This document shows positions 1 through 13,799 of a DNA stretch of 64,000 bases, piece after piece (positions within the stretch are counted from its first letter, which is position 1; every line of letters begins with the position of its first letter). The notes under the pieces are model-generated. The model made no database searches. It was not told the origin of the DNA and saw only the letters and a list, made by a program, of their open reading frames with translations. Source of the DNA: Octopus sinensis (lineage: Eukaryota); the NCBI RefSeq assembly GCF_006345805.1, contig NC_043011.1:20906464-20970463 (forward strand). Reading direction: 5' to 3'. The position numbers and the translations under genes were made by a program.

Positions 1-740
1 TCCATCTATCTTTTATCTTTTACTTGCTTCAGTCATTGGTCTGTGGCCGTGCTGGAGCACAGTATTTGAAGGGTTTCAGTTAAACAGATCAACCCCCAGC
101 ACCCATATTTAAGTCTGGTACTTATTTTATTGGTCTCTTTTGCCAAACCACTAAGTCACAGGGACGTAAACAAACTAACACTAGTGTGTCAAGCAATGCG
201 GAGGGACAAACACAAAGGCACACGGACACCCTTGAAACAGACCTTAAAATTGATGTCAATGATGAAGAGGCCGATGATGATGATGATGATGAGGAGGAGG
301 AGGAGGAGGAGGACGACGACGACGACAACGACAACTACAAAAAAAAAACCAATTCTAATTGAGGTGTGAATGAAAGATAGCTACTGGAACAACAGGCTGG
401 GATTCCAGTAAAGAGTTATCAGCATAATCGACAAGAAAAGGGTTTTGTTAAGCAGCTTTTCTCATCATTCTTTGTCAAAATCTTTCATCAAGTCTATTGT
501 AATAGCCTAGCAACCTTAGTCTTAGTCTGATGTGGTTCTTTAAGTTTAGGGACAATTTATGTTAGACCATTAATCAACAGCAATGGCAACACCAACAGCA
601 GCAGCAATAGTAGCAGTGTGCACATGTGAGAGCTTTTACACAATTGCTTGAGCAGCTAGAAATAGCAGCCAAATCTCCCTTAAATCATACACTATCATCA
701 TTATTATCATCATCAGCATCATTTTAATGTCCACTTTTCC

Positions 741-1577
741 ATTTTTGCATGGATCAAACAAAATTCAGTGAAGCAGATTTTCTACAGACAGCTGCCCTTC
801 CCATTGCTGAACCTCACCTGTTTTCAAGGAAGGTAATATTTTCCCCTGTGGTTAGAAATATTTTCACAGATTATTGGAAATAGATGACATTTATTGACAT
901 CACTGACCTAGATACACTATTTGGGAAAGAAAAATAGGTTAGAGCTGGCTGGGAAGCTTTTTTTCCAAACAGGAGACACTCAGGTAAATTCTGCTCTGTT
1001 GAACAAGGCTTACCTGGGGCTAATCAATAACAACAACAACAACAACAAAACAGCAGCAAAGATAGCAGCGTCAGCCACAGTAGCAGCATCGATAGCAATC
1101 CTGACAAACTAGAAAGGTTCAATTTTGCTTAATTGTATCGCAGTAATTAGTAACACGCCAACCCTAAGATCTCATTTCTTCTCCAAGAATTTCATGTGAT
1201 TGAATAAATAGAAACCGTTCAAATCGTATGAATCCTGGTTTTAATTACTTCCTTCTGAACCTCATTAACAGGTGATCTTTGTAATCATGTCAAAGTGTGT
1301 GTGTGTGTGAGCATATGCATACAAGTTAACATTCATGTATGTAAACATGGAATTCATTTGTGAACCTATGTATTTATGTGTGAATATATATATACATACG
1401 CACATGTACAAATATATACGTCAATGAATGTCATCTATTTCCAATAATCTGTGAAAATATTTCTAACCATAGGGGAAAATATTACCTTCCTTGAAAACAG
1501 GTGAGGTTCGGCAATAGGAAAGGCAGCTGTCTGTAGGAAATCTGTTTCACTGAATTTTGTTTGATCCATGCAAAAAT
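741..1577. repeat. Inverted repeat: 160-bp arms (741-900 / 1418-1577), about 95% identical
   Basis: Direct comparison gives 8 substitutions, all transitions. The arms derive from an old SINE-like family (working family F). Confidence 0.9.
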
Positions 1578-1583
1578 AGAATA

Positions 1584-1998
1584 GGCATAGGAGTGGCTGT
1601 GTGGTAAATAGCTTGCTTACCAACCCCATGGTTCTGGGTTCAGTCTCACTGCGTGGCACCTTGGGCAAGTGTCGTCTTCTACTATAGCCTCAGGCCGACC
1701 AAAACCTTGTGAGTGGATTTGGTAGACGGAAACTGAAAGAAGCCCGTCGTATATATGTATACGTATATATATATGTGTGTGTGTGTATGTCTGTGTTTGT
1801 CACCCCAACATCGCTTGACAACCGATGATGGTGTGTTTATGTCCCCGTAACTTAGCGGTTCGGCAAAAGAAACCGATAGAATAAGCACTAAGCTTACAAA
1901 GAATAAGTCCTGGAGTCGATTTGCTTGACTAAAGGCGGTGCTCCAGCATGGCCGCAGTCAAATGACTGAAACAAGTGAAAGGGTAAAAGAGTAAAGAG
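1584..1998 (+). mobile_element. tRNA-headed SINE, working family A (full length, bipartite with internal microsatellite)
   Basis: Head GGAGTGGCTGTGTGG (A-box-like) ... GGTTCAGTCTC (B-box-like), central (TA)/(TG) run, 3' part ending CAGTCAAATGACTGAAACAAGT(AAAAGAGT)n. The same sequence recurs more than 15 times in the window on both strands. Confidence 0.85.
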
Positions 1999-2269
1999 TA
2001 TGGGTGTGTGTGCATGCGTGTGAGTAAATGTAAGTCTGCATATTATGTATACATTTTTGTGCAAGAGCCCTTTATGGTTGGAAGATGTTTTCACATGTGG
2101 ATATGCATGTCATCACCATCATCAACATTATCCCAATCATCCTATTTCACCATCACAATCACAACTGGTCACATATCAATTTCTCTAGGATGGCATGGAT
2201 CCATATTAAGGACCAGCCTTGTTAGTGGATTTAGCAGAAAGAAATTATAAGAAATTCAGTGTGTGTGCA

Positions 2270-2305
<36 letters not shown>

Positions 2306-2376
2306 TGTCTTCACATCTGTGGTAGTTGTAAATGATTGTCACCGTCATACAAGCAGTGTCATTCCTTTCAAATATT

Positions 2377-2610
2377 CTTATTTCTGTACTGCCCACAAGG
2401 GGTTACACACAGAGAGGACAAACAAGGACAAACAAACGGATTAAGTTGATTACATCGACCCCAGTGTGTAACTGGTACTTAATTTATTGACCCCGAAAGG
2501 ATGAAAGGCAAAGTCGACCTCGGCGGAATTTGAACTCAGAACTTAACATTAGATGAAATGCTGCTAAGCATTTTGCCCAGCGTGCTAACATTTCTGCCAG
2601 CTCGCCGCCT
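2377..2610 (-). mobile_element. tRNA-related SINE, working family B (monomer)
   Basis: Reverse complement of GGCGGCGAGCTGGCAGAA...GAGTTCAAATTCC (B-box)...GTCGACTTTGCCTTTCATCCTTTCGGGGTC...AAAGAAATA. More than 10 copies are in the window. Confidence 0.85.
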
Positions 2611-4210
2611 TCTGTTAGAACATGTCTGGCCATGAGGAAATATTATCTTGCGCAGAAACAAATGAAGGTTGGTGACATGAAGAGCATCCGGCTGTAGAAA
2701 AATCTTCCACAAATAAATTCCATCAAACTCATGTAAGCATGGAAGAGTGAACATTAAAACGATGATGATGATGATGATACATAAATATAACCAAGATCAA
2801 CTTCTGAATATGTGCTTGTGTGTGTGCGCGGGTTCACAATATGGCCAAATGGTTGAGAAGTTTGCATGGCAATCGTGACTTCTTGGACTAGTGTCATTTA
2901 CTATGGTCTCGAGTCAACCCACATCTTGAGAGTGAAAAGTGAAAAGACAGAGACTGTGTCGAAGCCCAGGGTTATGTAATGGACAACACATTTAATTTAA
3001 CCTTTAGCATTCAGATTATCCTGTCAAATGCAATGCTTATGTATTCCCAATGAACTAATCATGCATTATCTCATAGTTTTGGGATTTCAATGGTGTGATT
3101 ATTTACTTTCAAAGTTACATTGTAGGGTAGGTGTAAGAGGCTGGATCTGACCAGTTCAAACACAAAACTTGGTAGAATATATTGGCTGGGTATGGCCAGT
3201 TTAAACATAAAACAGGTAGAATATTTGGGCCGGATATAGCTGGTTGAAGGTATGTGCTGTTGCCAGACACTGAATCACACTGAGTCTACTTTGAGGATTA
3301 CATTAATGGCATATATGTCTGAGGAATACTCAGTCAACTAAGTGCAAATTCAGTAAGTAGCTCAGGTGATCAAACAACTGGGCACTTTGTTGACAGAAAT
3401 CCATATATTTATAGCATTTGCATGTATGCGTGTGTATATGTGTGCATGCTTATATATATATATATACACACATATACACATATGATTTAATAAATGTTGT
3501 GTACTTTGTGTAATACTCATGTTATTGGTGCAAATGGCAACAAAGCAGCCATGGTAAAGAAATCAATGCCAGGTGTAAACTGGATAGCCATTTAGTTGCT
3601 TAGTATTGATTGAAACCAATGCCATATTCCTGGCTAAAGGATGTTGCCGGAGAGTATGAAGGCCCGTAGAAGAAAATGTCTGGAATGGGGTACAGGCCAT
3701 AAGTTAGAAAAAAAAAAAAGTCCACTTTGTAACCATGTACTTCCAGTTTGTAGTAGTTTCTGGGGTTAACTTTCTTCTACTTTGCCCTTGGGTTAACCAA
3801 TGCCTTGTTATATGGACTTTGTTAGGTAGAAACTTAGTACACACACACTAAATGATTTACATAATGCACAAAAGCATGTCCATACTCATACAATGTGGTC
3901 ATGTAAGGAAAATGGAATTAGAGTGCCGTGATAAAACAAGAAATGGTTGTTTAAAACATATTCTTTTATTTATTTCAGTCATTTGACTTTGGCCATGCTG
4001 GAGCACTGCCTTTAGTCGAGCAAATCGACCCCAGAACTTATTCTTTGTAAGCCTAGTACTTATTCTATCAGACTTTACTGTCGAACCATTAAGTTAAAGG
4101 GGTGCAAACACAGACACACAAACATACACACACACACACATATATACATATATACATACATACATACATACATACATACATACATACATACATACATACA
4201 TACAGATATA

Positions 4211-4372
4211 TATCATCATCATCATCATCGTTTAGCGTCCTCTTTCCATGCTAGCATGGGTTGGACGGTTCAACTGAGGTCTGGGAAGTCAGAAGGCTGC
4301 ATCAGGCCCAGTTTGATCTGGCAATGTTTCTACGGCTGGATGCCCTTCCTAATGCCAAAAGTTAAGTTGCAT
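4211..4372 (-). mobile_element. Working family C retroposon (RTE-type 3' tail GGTTGGCGTTAGGAAGGGCATCC..., (GAT)n end)
   Basis: (CAT)n-CGTTTAGCGTCC...GGATGCCCTTCCTAATGCC. Further copies at about 16410-16650, 26600-26800 (+), 33110-33300, 51245-51450 and 56115-56345. Confidence 0.75.
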
Positions 4373-4379
4373 CGGCCGG

Positions 4380-4431
<52 letters not shown>

Positions 4432-5506
4432 CATATATATATATCTACCTAGCAAATCCACTCACAAGGCTTTGGTCAACCCAAGGCTATAGTAGAAGAC
4501 ACTTGCCCAAGATGCCAAGCAGTGGGACTGAACTCGGAACCATGTGGTTGGTAAGCAAGCTACTTACCACACAGCCACTCCTACGCCTATGTTCACAAAA
4601 AAGAAAATGGGAAATGGTAATTATAAGATAATTTTCTTAGTTTCCACAAACTTTCATTCATCATCATCGTTGTAACATCTACTTACAGATTTACTACGGT
4701 TGGATGCCCTTCCTGTCACCAACCCTCACTTATTTTACAAGAAAGTGAAATCATAGTTATGGCCGATGCTAGCGTCACATAACTGGCATGAAAAAGCACT
4801 CATTACATTCCGGGAGTGGTTGGTGTTAGGAAGGGCATCCAGCTATAAATACCACACTAAACCAGACTGGAATTTGGTGCAGATCTCCAGCTTACCAATT
4901 CCAGTCAAACCGACTAACCCATGCCAGAATGGAAAGCAGACACTAAATGATGATGATGATGATGACACTTATTCAGTCAGGCTGTAGAGCTAAGTTCTTC
5001 TCTGCCCCCACTCCCACTGCTTTAACAGATTCCCATTATTCTGTGTTGCCATCCAATTCCATTATTATGAATTTGAATTGGGAACTCGAGTCATAGGTCA
5101 GGATCACGAAGCTCTATAGAGAGTAACTGCAACACATCCATAGGGGTGGTGTCCATGCTTGAGTAATCAGCTAATGAGAGAGTCACTATGACTCACCATG
5201 ACAACTAAGTTACAGAGATGTCAACAAACCAACACTGGTTGTCAAGTAGTTAGACAAACACAAATATACACAAAACTAGCTTCTGCACAGTACTCATCTG
5301 TCAAGCTCACAAGGCATTGGCCAGCCCAGTGCTACAGAGGACACTTGTCCAAGGTATCATGCAACAGAACTGAACTCAGGACTACATGGTTGCAAAGCAA
5401 GCTCCTTAACCACACAGCCATGTTTGTGCCTCTTTATTGTTATTCTTTTACTAATTGGTATTTAGTAAAAGAGCTGGCAGAAACGTGAGCAGAAAATGGT
5501 ATTTAG

Positions 5507-5918
5507 TAAAAGAGCTGGCAGAAACGTTAGCACGCCGAGCGAAATGCATAGCCATATTTCGTCTGCCGTTACGTTCTGAGTTCAAATTCCGCTGAGGTCG
5601 ACTTTGCCTTTCATCGTTTCAGGGTCGATAAATTAAGTACCAGTTACGCATTGGGGTCAATGTAATCGACTTAATCTCTTTGTCTGTCCTTGTTTGTCTC
5701 CTCTGTGTTTAGCCCCTTGTGGGTAGTAAAGAAATAGGTATTTCGTCTGCCGTTACGTTCTGAGTTCAAATTCCACCGAGAAGGACTTTGCCTTTTCAAC
5801 CTTTCGGGGTCGATTAAATAAGTACCAGTTACGCACTGGGGAGGGGATATAATCGACTTAATCCATTTGTCTGTCCTTGATTGTCCCCTCTGTGTTTAGC
5901 CCCTTGTGGGTAGTAAAG
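5507..5918 (+). mobile_element. SINE family B, head + two tandem bodies
   Basis: Second body restarts at 5738 after AAAGAAATAG|GTATTTCG. A 41-bp direct duplication of the head region lies just upstream (about 5457-5530). Confidence 0.8.
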
Positions 5919-6524
5919 TATTTTCCTTTTTTTTACACTTCAAATAAAGGAAAATAAAAAGTTGCATGTGTATATATTCTTTCTATTATCAAGTTTAACA
6001 CTTTAGTTTTCACATTAATTCTGTCAGAAGTAATGCTTATTTATTTTCGATATTTTGTATTAATCATGCATTAGGTTGTAGCTTTGAGATTTTAAAGAGG
6101 TAACTGTTAATTTTAAGAACGATATTGTAGGGTCAGTGTGAGAGGCCAGATCTCACCAGTTTGAACATATAAACATGTGGAATATTTTGGCCTAATATGG
6201 CTGGTTTAAATGCTAAAGGGTTAAATCTTCGTTCTAAGTCTTTCAATAATATTTGTGGATTTTATCATGACAATTAGTGGGAGACTACTCAGTCAAACTA
6301 ATCTTATAGCAATAAGTACCCAAGGAGCAGTGCAGTAAAACTGAGCATCATTACCAAATGGTAGTAAAATTCTTAATCACACAACTTAATTTTATTCGTC
6401 GATCTATCCATCTGTGTGTATGTGTGGGTCTGTGTACACACAGATACACACACGCACACACACACACATTAACATTTATAGATAAATTTATAGATTTATA
6501 TACACATATATTTATATACACATA

Positions 6525-6926
6525 GGCACAGGAGTGGCTGTGTGGTAAGTAGCTTGTCTACCAACCACATGGTTCCGGGTTCAGTCCCACTGCATGGCAC
6601 CTTGGGCAAGTGTCTTCTACTATAGCCTCGGGCCGACCAAAGCCTTGTGAGTGGATTTGGTAGATGGAAACTGAAAGAAGCCCGTCGTATATATGTATAT
6701 ATATATATGTGTGTTTGTGTGTCTGTGTTTGTCCCCTAGCATTGCTTGACAACCGATGCTAGAATGTTTATGTCCCCGTTACTTAGCGGTTCGGCAAAAG
6801 AGACCGATAGAATAAGTACTGGGATTACAAAAGAATAAGTCCCGGGGTCGAGTTGTTCGATTAAAGGCGGTGCTCCAGCATGGCCGCAGTCAAATGACTG
6901 AAACAAGTAAAAGAGTAAAAAGAGAG
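6525..6926 (+). mobile_element. SINE family A copy
   Basis: Near-identical to 1584-1998 over its full length. Confidence 0.85.
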
Positions 6927-7594
6927 TATATGCATACACATACGTATATCTTTATATGCATGTGTGTGCGTGTAAATATGCATGTATCCAAGAGAAAATG
7001 ACAGGTGTAGTAATGATATAATTGTGTGAAATAAGGAAACAGAGAAGCGCGGCAGAGACCAACAAAGAAAGGGGGAGGGGGTAGTAGAAAGAAAGAGAAA
7101 GGGAGATGGAAAGTGGGAGGTGGGGGGGTTTGTTTCATCGGTAGCCTAATCCAGATTTAATAAGAGATTTTCCAACAGTTTAGCCATCAAGGAGATATAA
7201 CTGTGTATTGTTGCCATTACAACCAGCTTGTAATGGCAACATTGGAAGTCTGTCTCTGCCTATTTACCTTTCATCTCTGCACGCATGCACAAACACACAG
7301 AAAATGATTCACACACACACATACGCACGCACACACACACACATACAGTGAACAAATATGGGAGCCTCTGAGGTGACACAGCATGCAAGAAAAGGCAACA
7401 AAATCCTCTTTAAATCACAATCTGTTGTTTTAACAAGAATCGTTAAGCAATATAGCCCCTAATATACCAAAAAACAAGAAAAATACGAAAAGAAAAATCA
7501 GGATGATCATGGTTAGCATATTCTTGATCTACTCAAAACAAAAGCTTACATGAAGCTCAACTCAATAATACACACACATGCATGTTTAGATAGA

Positions 7595-7780
7595 TGCTCA
7601 GTGGTAGGAGTGCCGAGCTCACAATCAAAAGGTAGTAAGTTCGATTCCTGGACCAGGCTGTGTGCGTGTTCTTGAGCAAGACACTATTTTGTGTTGCTCC
7701 GCTTCACTCAGCTGTAGAAATGAGTTGCAATGTCGCTAGTGCCAAGCTGTATCAGCCTTGGTCTTTCCCTTGGATAATAT
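7595..7780 (+). mobile_element. tRNA-headed SINE, working family E, split by an RTE LINE insertion
   Basis: Head CTCAGTGGTAGGAGTG...GTTCGATTCC then TTCTTGAGCAAGACACT. The remainder resumes at about 8076 and 8280. Other copies at about 15890-16040, 24560-24670, 29260-29580, 36465-36640 and 55385-55600. Confidence 0.7.
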
Positions 7781-8045
7781 CATCATCATCATCATCATTG
7801 TTCGACCATGGTCGAGACAATGGAATTTACTATGTTACGCCAGACTTCACGATCCATCATAGCATTACGGAGGTCCTGTTGCTGCATGCCTGTATCCCTG
7901 GAGATTACATCAGGGTAGGAGAGTGTGTGCCCTCTGGTATCGCGAGCAGATGGCTTCCAGAGGAGAAGAGTAGAAATTACCTCGTTTTCAGCTCTACAAC
8001 AATGTCCAGCAAACTGGACTCTTCTACCTTTCACAAGAGCTAATA
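7781..8045 (-). mobile_element. RTE-clade LINE 3' fragment (C-terminus of ORF + (GAT)n tail)
   Basis: Translation RRVQFAGHCCRAENEVISTLLLWKP...RGHTLSYPDVISRDTG...MMDREVWRNIV matches the RTE C-terminal pattern (RR.rfaGH..R...llW.P....RG......d......A/M.DR..Wr). It ends in a TGA-repeat tail. Confidence 0.8.
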
Positions 8046-8408
8046 CAGGTGGTAGTTTCCCATATATTTGTATATAATATCAGTAGTGTGTAGAGGGGAG
8101 GCTGGTATCCATGGTCTTCTATAAACCAGTCTGGTTTAGTGTGGTTTCTATGGCTGGATGCCCTTCCTAATGCCAACCACTCCAGGAGTGTAACGAGTGC
8201 TTTTTACATGCCAATTATGTGACACCAGCATCGGCCATAACTCTGATTTCACTTGGCTTGATGAGTCTTCTCAAGCATGGTCTATTGCCAAACTGCTGGT
8301 CTTCTATAAACAACCTTTCCCTGGACTTGTGCCTCAGAAGGGAAATTCTAGGTGCAATCCCATTCATTCATGACCAAAGGGGATCTTTATCTTTTATCTA
8401 CACACACA

Positions 8409-8455
<47 letters not shown>

Positions 8456-9064
8456 TACATCTATCAACATTGTCATCATTTAATGACCACTGTTCCATGT
8501 TTACATGGGTTGGACAGAATTTGTTGGAGCAAATTTTCTGCATGTTGATGCTCTTCCTGATGCCAACCCGCATCTGTTTCCATGGGAGGCAATATTTCCT
8601 CCCTGACCAGAGGTGTTCTCTCAGAATATTGGAAACTGCTTGCATGATGGTGACACTTGTTTACAACTACCATGTGATATCAAAGCAACATAAGACAGTA
8701 ACACACACATACATATATATAAGGAATTGAACTCAGAATGTAAAGTGTCATAACTCAATACTGCATAGCATTTTATCCTTCACTCTAGACACTAATCCAA
8801 CTTTTTACATAACTTGATTGACTGTTTATAAATTACTGGTACCTATTTTACTAAGGCACACCTCTATCCCTTTGTGAAACTGTGACCACAGTGCTCAACT
8901 CGTACTTATTTTTATCAGCCCCAAAAGAATGAAAGGCAAAGTTAACCTAGACAGAGTTTGAACTCAAAACATAAAGACGGCTAAATGCTGCTAAGCATTC
9001 TGCCCAGCATGCTAATAATTCCACCAGCTTGCCACCTTCAAACTGATAGAAATATTAACCAAAT

Positions 9065-9277
9065 CAGGCGGCGAGCTGGCAGAAACGTTAGCACGCCGGG
9101 CGAAATGTTTAGCGCTGCTACGTTCTGAGTTCAAATTCCACCGAGGTCAACTTTACCTTTCATCCTTTTGGGATCGATTAAATAAGTACCAATGGGGTCG
9201 ATATAATCGACTTAATCCGTTTGTCTGTCCTTGTTTGTCCTCACTGTGTGTAGCTCCTTGTGGGCAGTAAAGAAATA
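9065..9277 (+). mobile_element. SINE family B monomer with 17-bp TSD
   Basis: AGAAATATTAACCAAAT at 9048-9064 and 9278-9294. Confidence 0.85.
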
Positions 9278-10289
9278 AGAAATATTAACCAAATGTCCCT
9301 TAAATCACACTTCAATCTTAGTAAAACAGGTACACATTTCGTTAAATGGTCCCGGATACATATGTCTCCCTGGATGGTCCTGACCAGAGAATCTTTGAGA
9401 TGTTAAAGGCAAAGTTGACTCTAACAAAATTTGGAAGGCATTGATTAGTGTGGCATCCAACTTTTCTGATACCCCATTAATCCTTACAGCAAGCAACTAG
9501 AGCTAATGAGAGGGCCTCTACATTGATCAGTTACTTGACCAACTAGAAATAGCAGTCTCAACCTCCTTCAATTCTCACATTACAATCTTCACCCTTTTGA
9601 TACCAATCCACCCGAGACTGTCCCTGGTTTGTGATACAAACTTCCTGTCTTAAAATGACCTAAATTAAAACCTTACACCAAAATTCCATGTCAATTTCGG
9701 TTCCAAACAACAGCGTAGTAATGCCAAAGTTATTTCACTAAATTCATTATTTTCAAAATGAATGAAACAGAGAGAATGTATCCACAGAAATATGGTAACA
9801 AAAGGGTTAAACAAGAAAGGGTACATTGGATAGTGTTGTTCTGGGTGCACTGTTTGAATGAGACGGGGTGGTCATGTTAAGAATGTCTCTGATCCATAGG
9901 TTTGCTAAATCAAAGCTGACCTGGGACTACACTGCAGCTACCACCACCACCACCACCACCACCGCTACCACCACCACCACCACCACCACCACCACCACCA
10001 CCACCACCACCGCTACCACACAACTATTGCCAGCATTTCAAAATAAGAAAAACCACTGGCTTTGTAAGCAATCACCATCAAAATAATACGATGAGGATTC
10101 TGATTGACCAGTGGAGTTGTCAGGGGCGACGCCAACAATGAATGACTCCCTATCTAGCAGCAAGGCCAAGAAACTTTAAATAGACAGGCAAATACTGATA
10201 TTGATGGTGATGATGATGATGATGACTGCCGTGATAGTGATGAGACAAAATAAGAAAGAGAGAAAAACGCCTGACACAAAAAGAGAACT

Positions 10290-10295
10290 ACACAA

Positions 10296-10376
<81 letters not shown>

Positions 10377-10401
10377 GAGAGAGAGTTTTGTGTATGTATA
10401 A

Positions 10402-10444
<43 letters not shown>

Positions 10445-10565
10445 CGCACACAAGAAAGAGACAGACAGACAGAAAGAATATAAAAAAAATGACAACGAAC
10501 TAAGTCAGGTAGACAAAAGACAAAAACACTGGCTGATAAATAGAAATATATTAAAGAAATCAGAG

Positions 10566-10618
<53 letters not shown>

Positions 10619-11009
10619 TAGGAAGAAAGAGGGAAGATAGAGAGATGTATATAATGGAGAAAAAGGAAGAGACTCAGAGAGAAATAGAAAGAGGAGAGAG
10701 TGGTGGTGGGGTGCAGACAGATAAGAATATGAGGAGGAGAGAGACAGAGAGGCAGATAAGAAGAGAAGTGACAGAGATAAAGTCGGGTAGAGAGAGTAAA
10801 ATAGGGAAAAAGAAGAGAGACAGACAGATAAAAAGAAGAAAAAAAAGGACAGACAGAGAAATAGGAAGAACAAAGAGAAAGACTAAGAAATCAAAAGAAA
10901 CAGAAAGATAGATAGATAGACAAAGCAAATGAGATAGACAAAAGGATGGAGGGATATGTATGTGTGTGTCTGTGTGTTTGTAGAGACAGAGACAGACAGA
11001 CAGAGACAA

Positions 11010-11055
<46 letters not shown>

Positions 11056-11114
11056 ACTCATACACACACACACACAGAGGCTAGATGCATAAGATGTGTT
11101 GTGTGTGTGTGTAT

Positions 11115-11148
<34 letters not shown>

Positions 11149-11376
11149 GTTAGTGATAGACAAATAGATAGAAACAAACATACATATATATGTATATATA
11201 TACATACACACACACACACATATATATATATACATACACTCACACACACACACACACAGGCCAAATTCACACATACAAAGCAAATGAAGAGATGTGTGTG
11301 TGTGTGTATGAGAGGGAGAGAGACAGTAACAGACAGTCAAATAGATAGATAGAAACAAACATATATCTATCTATAC

Positions 11377-11409
<33 letters not shown>

Positions 11410-11487
11410 TACATATATATATACACACACACATACAGAGGCTAGATGCACACATACAAAGCAAATGACGAGATTGTGTGTGTGTGT

Positions 11488-11536
<49 letters not shown>

Positions 11537-11650
11537 CGACAGACAGACAAACAGATAGATAGAAACAAACATACATATATATCTATATGTGCACACACAC
11601 ACACATACAGAGAGGCTAGATGCATACATACAAAGAAAGCGTTTAATCAA
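10290..11650. repeat. Compound (TA)/(CA)/(GA) microsatellite field with higher-order about 180-bp periodicity at 11040-11640
   Basis: The anchor (C/G)AGAGGCTAGATGCA or a variant recurs at about 11075, 11257, 11435 and 11610. Confidence 0.75.
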
Positions 11651-11769
11651 TAGAGATGTCAGGCAAGTGATGCACCGACTGCGGCAATAATAGTGGGAAT
11701 GCAGGGTGGAATTTTGCAGTGTCTGTGCAGTTAGTACATTTACTGATGTTTATGGCAGCAGCCTATCAA

Positions 11770-11783
11770 TTTACTACTAGTGT

Positions 11784-11822
<39 letters not shown>

Positions 11823-11918
11823 CACTACCACTACTGCTACCACCACAACTTTTGCCTTTACTATTACTCCTAGTTCTAGGAGTATTCACCATACATCATC
11901 TATATCAACTACTACTAT

Positions 11919-11952
<34 letters not shown>

Positions 11953-13184
11953 GTTGCTGCTGCTGCTGCTGCAACACCAGTCAACATGAACATCAATACC
12001 GCCGCCACAATTATTTAAAGTGAGTCCCCCCCACCCATCCACCCCACTTACTAACATCAGCCAACATGTGCCCCTCCACCACCACCACCACCACCACCAC
12101 TACCACTACTACCACCACCACATGTTCCTAACTGTTAAAGAGTAACGTCGCCCACCACCACCGCCGCCATCATCATCATCATCATCAAAGACCAACATCA
12201 TCACTACCACTACCACTCAGTTCTATCACCATGGTAAAGAACCATAACAAATACAAATCTTAAGAGAACAACCATCATCATCACTATTCATACCACCACC
12301 ACAACCACCGTCAGCATCAACATCTCTGATACCACCATCGTCACCACATTTACTACTACTATCATCCCCTTGACTACCACCACCACCACACCACCACCAC
12401 CATAATTGCCCCCTCTAATATCACCAACAACAAACAGAGAGCCGAGCCAAAGCCAATAAGAGAAGCTCTGTGGGCGTATCACTTGCTAGAAATAGCAGCT
12501 AAATTTTCCTTAAATCATGCTCAATCAACTAGTCTTAAAAATTAAGAAAGAACACATTTGGATAATGTAGTCTTAGATATCCAGCAAGAGGCTAAGTGAG
12601 ATGGTTTGGAAAAGACAGGAACACCTCCGGCCAGAGCTGACCTGGGGCTAAACAAATCAACCACCATTACCACTACTACCGCCATCACAACTTAATACTA
12701 GCCCCAACATCACTTGTATCCATATTAAAAGAACCCAGCATCACCATCACAACTGCCAACATCACCGCCACTGCCGCAACCAATGGTATCAGCCTCATTA
12801 CCAACACTTAAAGAGACCCTCCCATTTCTGCTATCTTTATTGTTGCTATTATGGGAAACCACCACCAGCATCACCATCATCACCATCATCATCATCACCA
12901 CCAATAACAATACCATCACTACTATTTTAACCTACCTAAAATTAAACCATCATCATCATCATCATCATTTCTACTATCGCCATCACCTCTACCGCCACTA
13001 CCATTACCGTCATCATTATCATGACCACTACTACCACCACCACCACCACCACCACCACCACCATTACCACCATCTGTCTGTGCACTAAGTCTCTTACATC
13101 ACTCACCCAATTGTTGATATTAGATGGAACCTGTGCCACTACCTCATAGACACACACACATACACACACACATACATACACACA

Positions 13185-13222
<38 letters not shown>

Positions 13223-13700
13223 GACACCAACCACAACATTATCATTTTAGTGGCCATCATTATCATCATTCTTAATGTTTCATCAAGTTAAAGAGAAACA
13301 ATTATTAACAATCCCGCTCCCCCTCTCTCCCCCTCCCCACCTCCCTCTCTCTTATAACATCACCATTGAAACTATCACCTATTACAGCACGCCACGACCA
13401 CCACGACCACCACCACCATCATCAGTAGCATCACATCCCTCAACTACTACTGCTGCTGTGGCCACAAGTATCATCATCATCATCATCATCATCATCATAT
13501 CATTTCCATTAACAAAAAAAAAAGTAAAGAGCTTAATACTAGCCCCACCATAACCACCATCAACACCAACCCCATCACTATTAGTAGCAGTACTACCACC
13601 ATCGCCACTACTATCACCACCACCACTCTAATGTTGATAGCAGCATCACTACGAGCAGCAGCGGCGGCAACGGCAGCAGCAGCGTAGACTACCAGAAGGT
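11770..13700. repeat. Trinucleotide-type low-complexity field ((ACT)n, (CAC)n, (CAT)n)
   Basis: Source of the poly-T/H/I ORFs in the ORF track. Confidence 0.85.
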
Positions 13701-13799
13701 GTCCACATAGAAGAGGTAAAACCTGAAATCTATTTACAATATGATCAATGATGACAGATACTGTCAGTGAAAACTGTTGTTAATGAGGAAACTGGAGAA

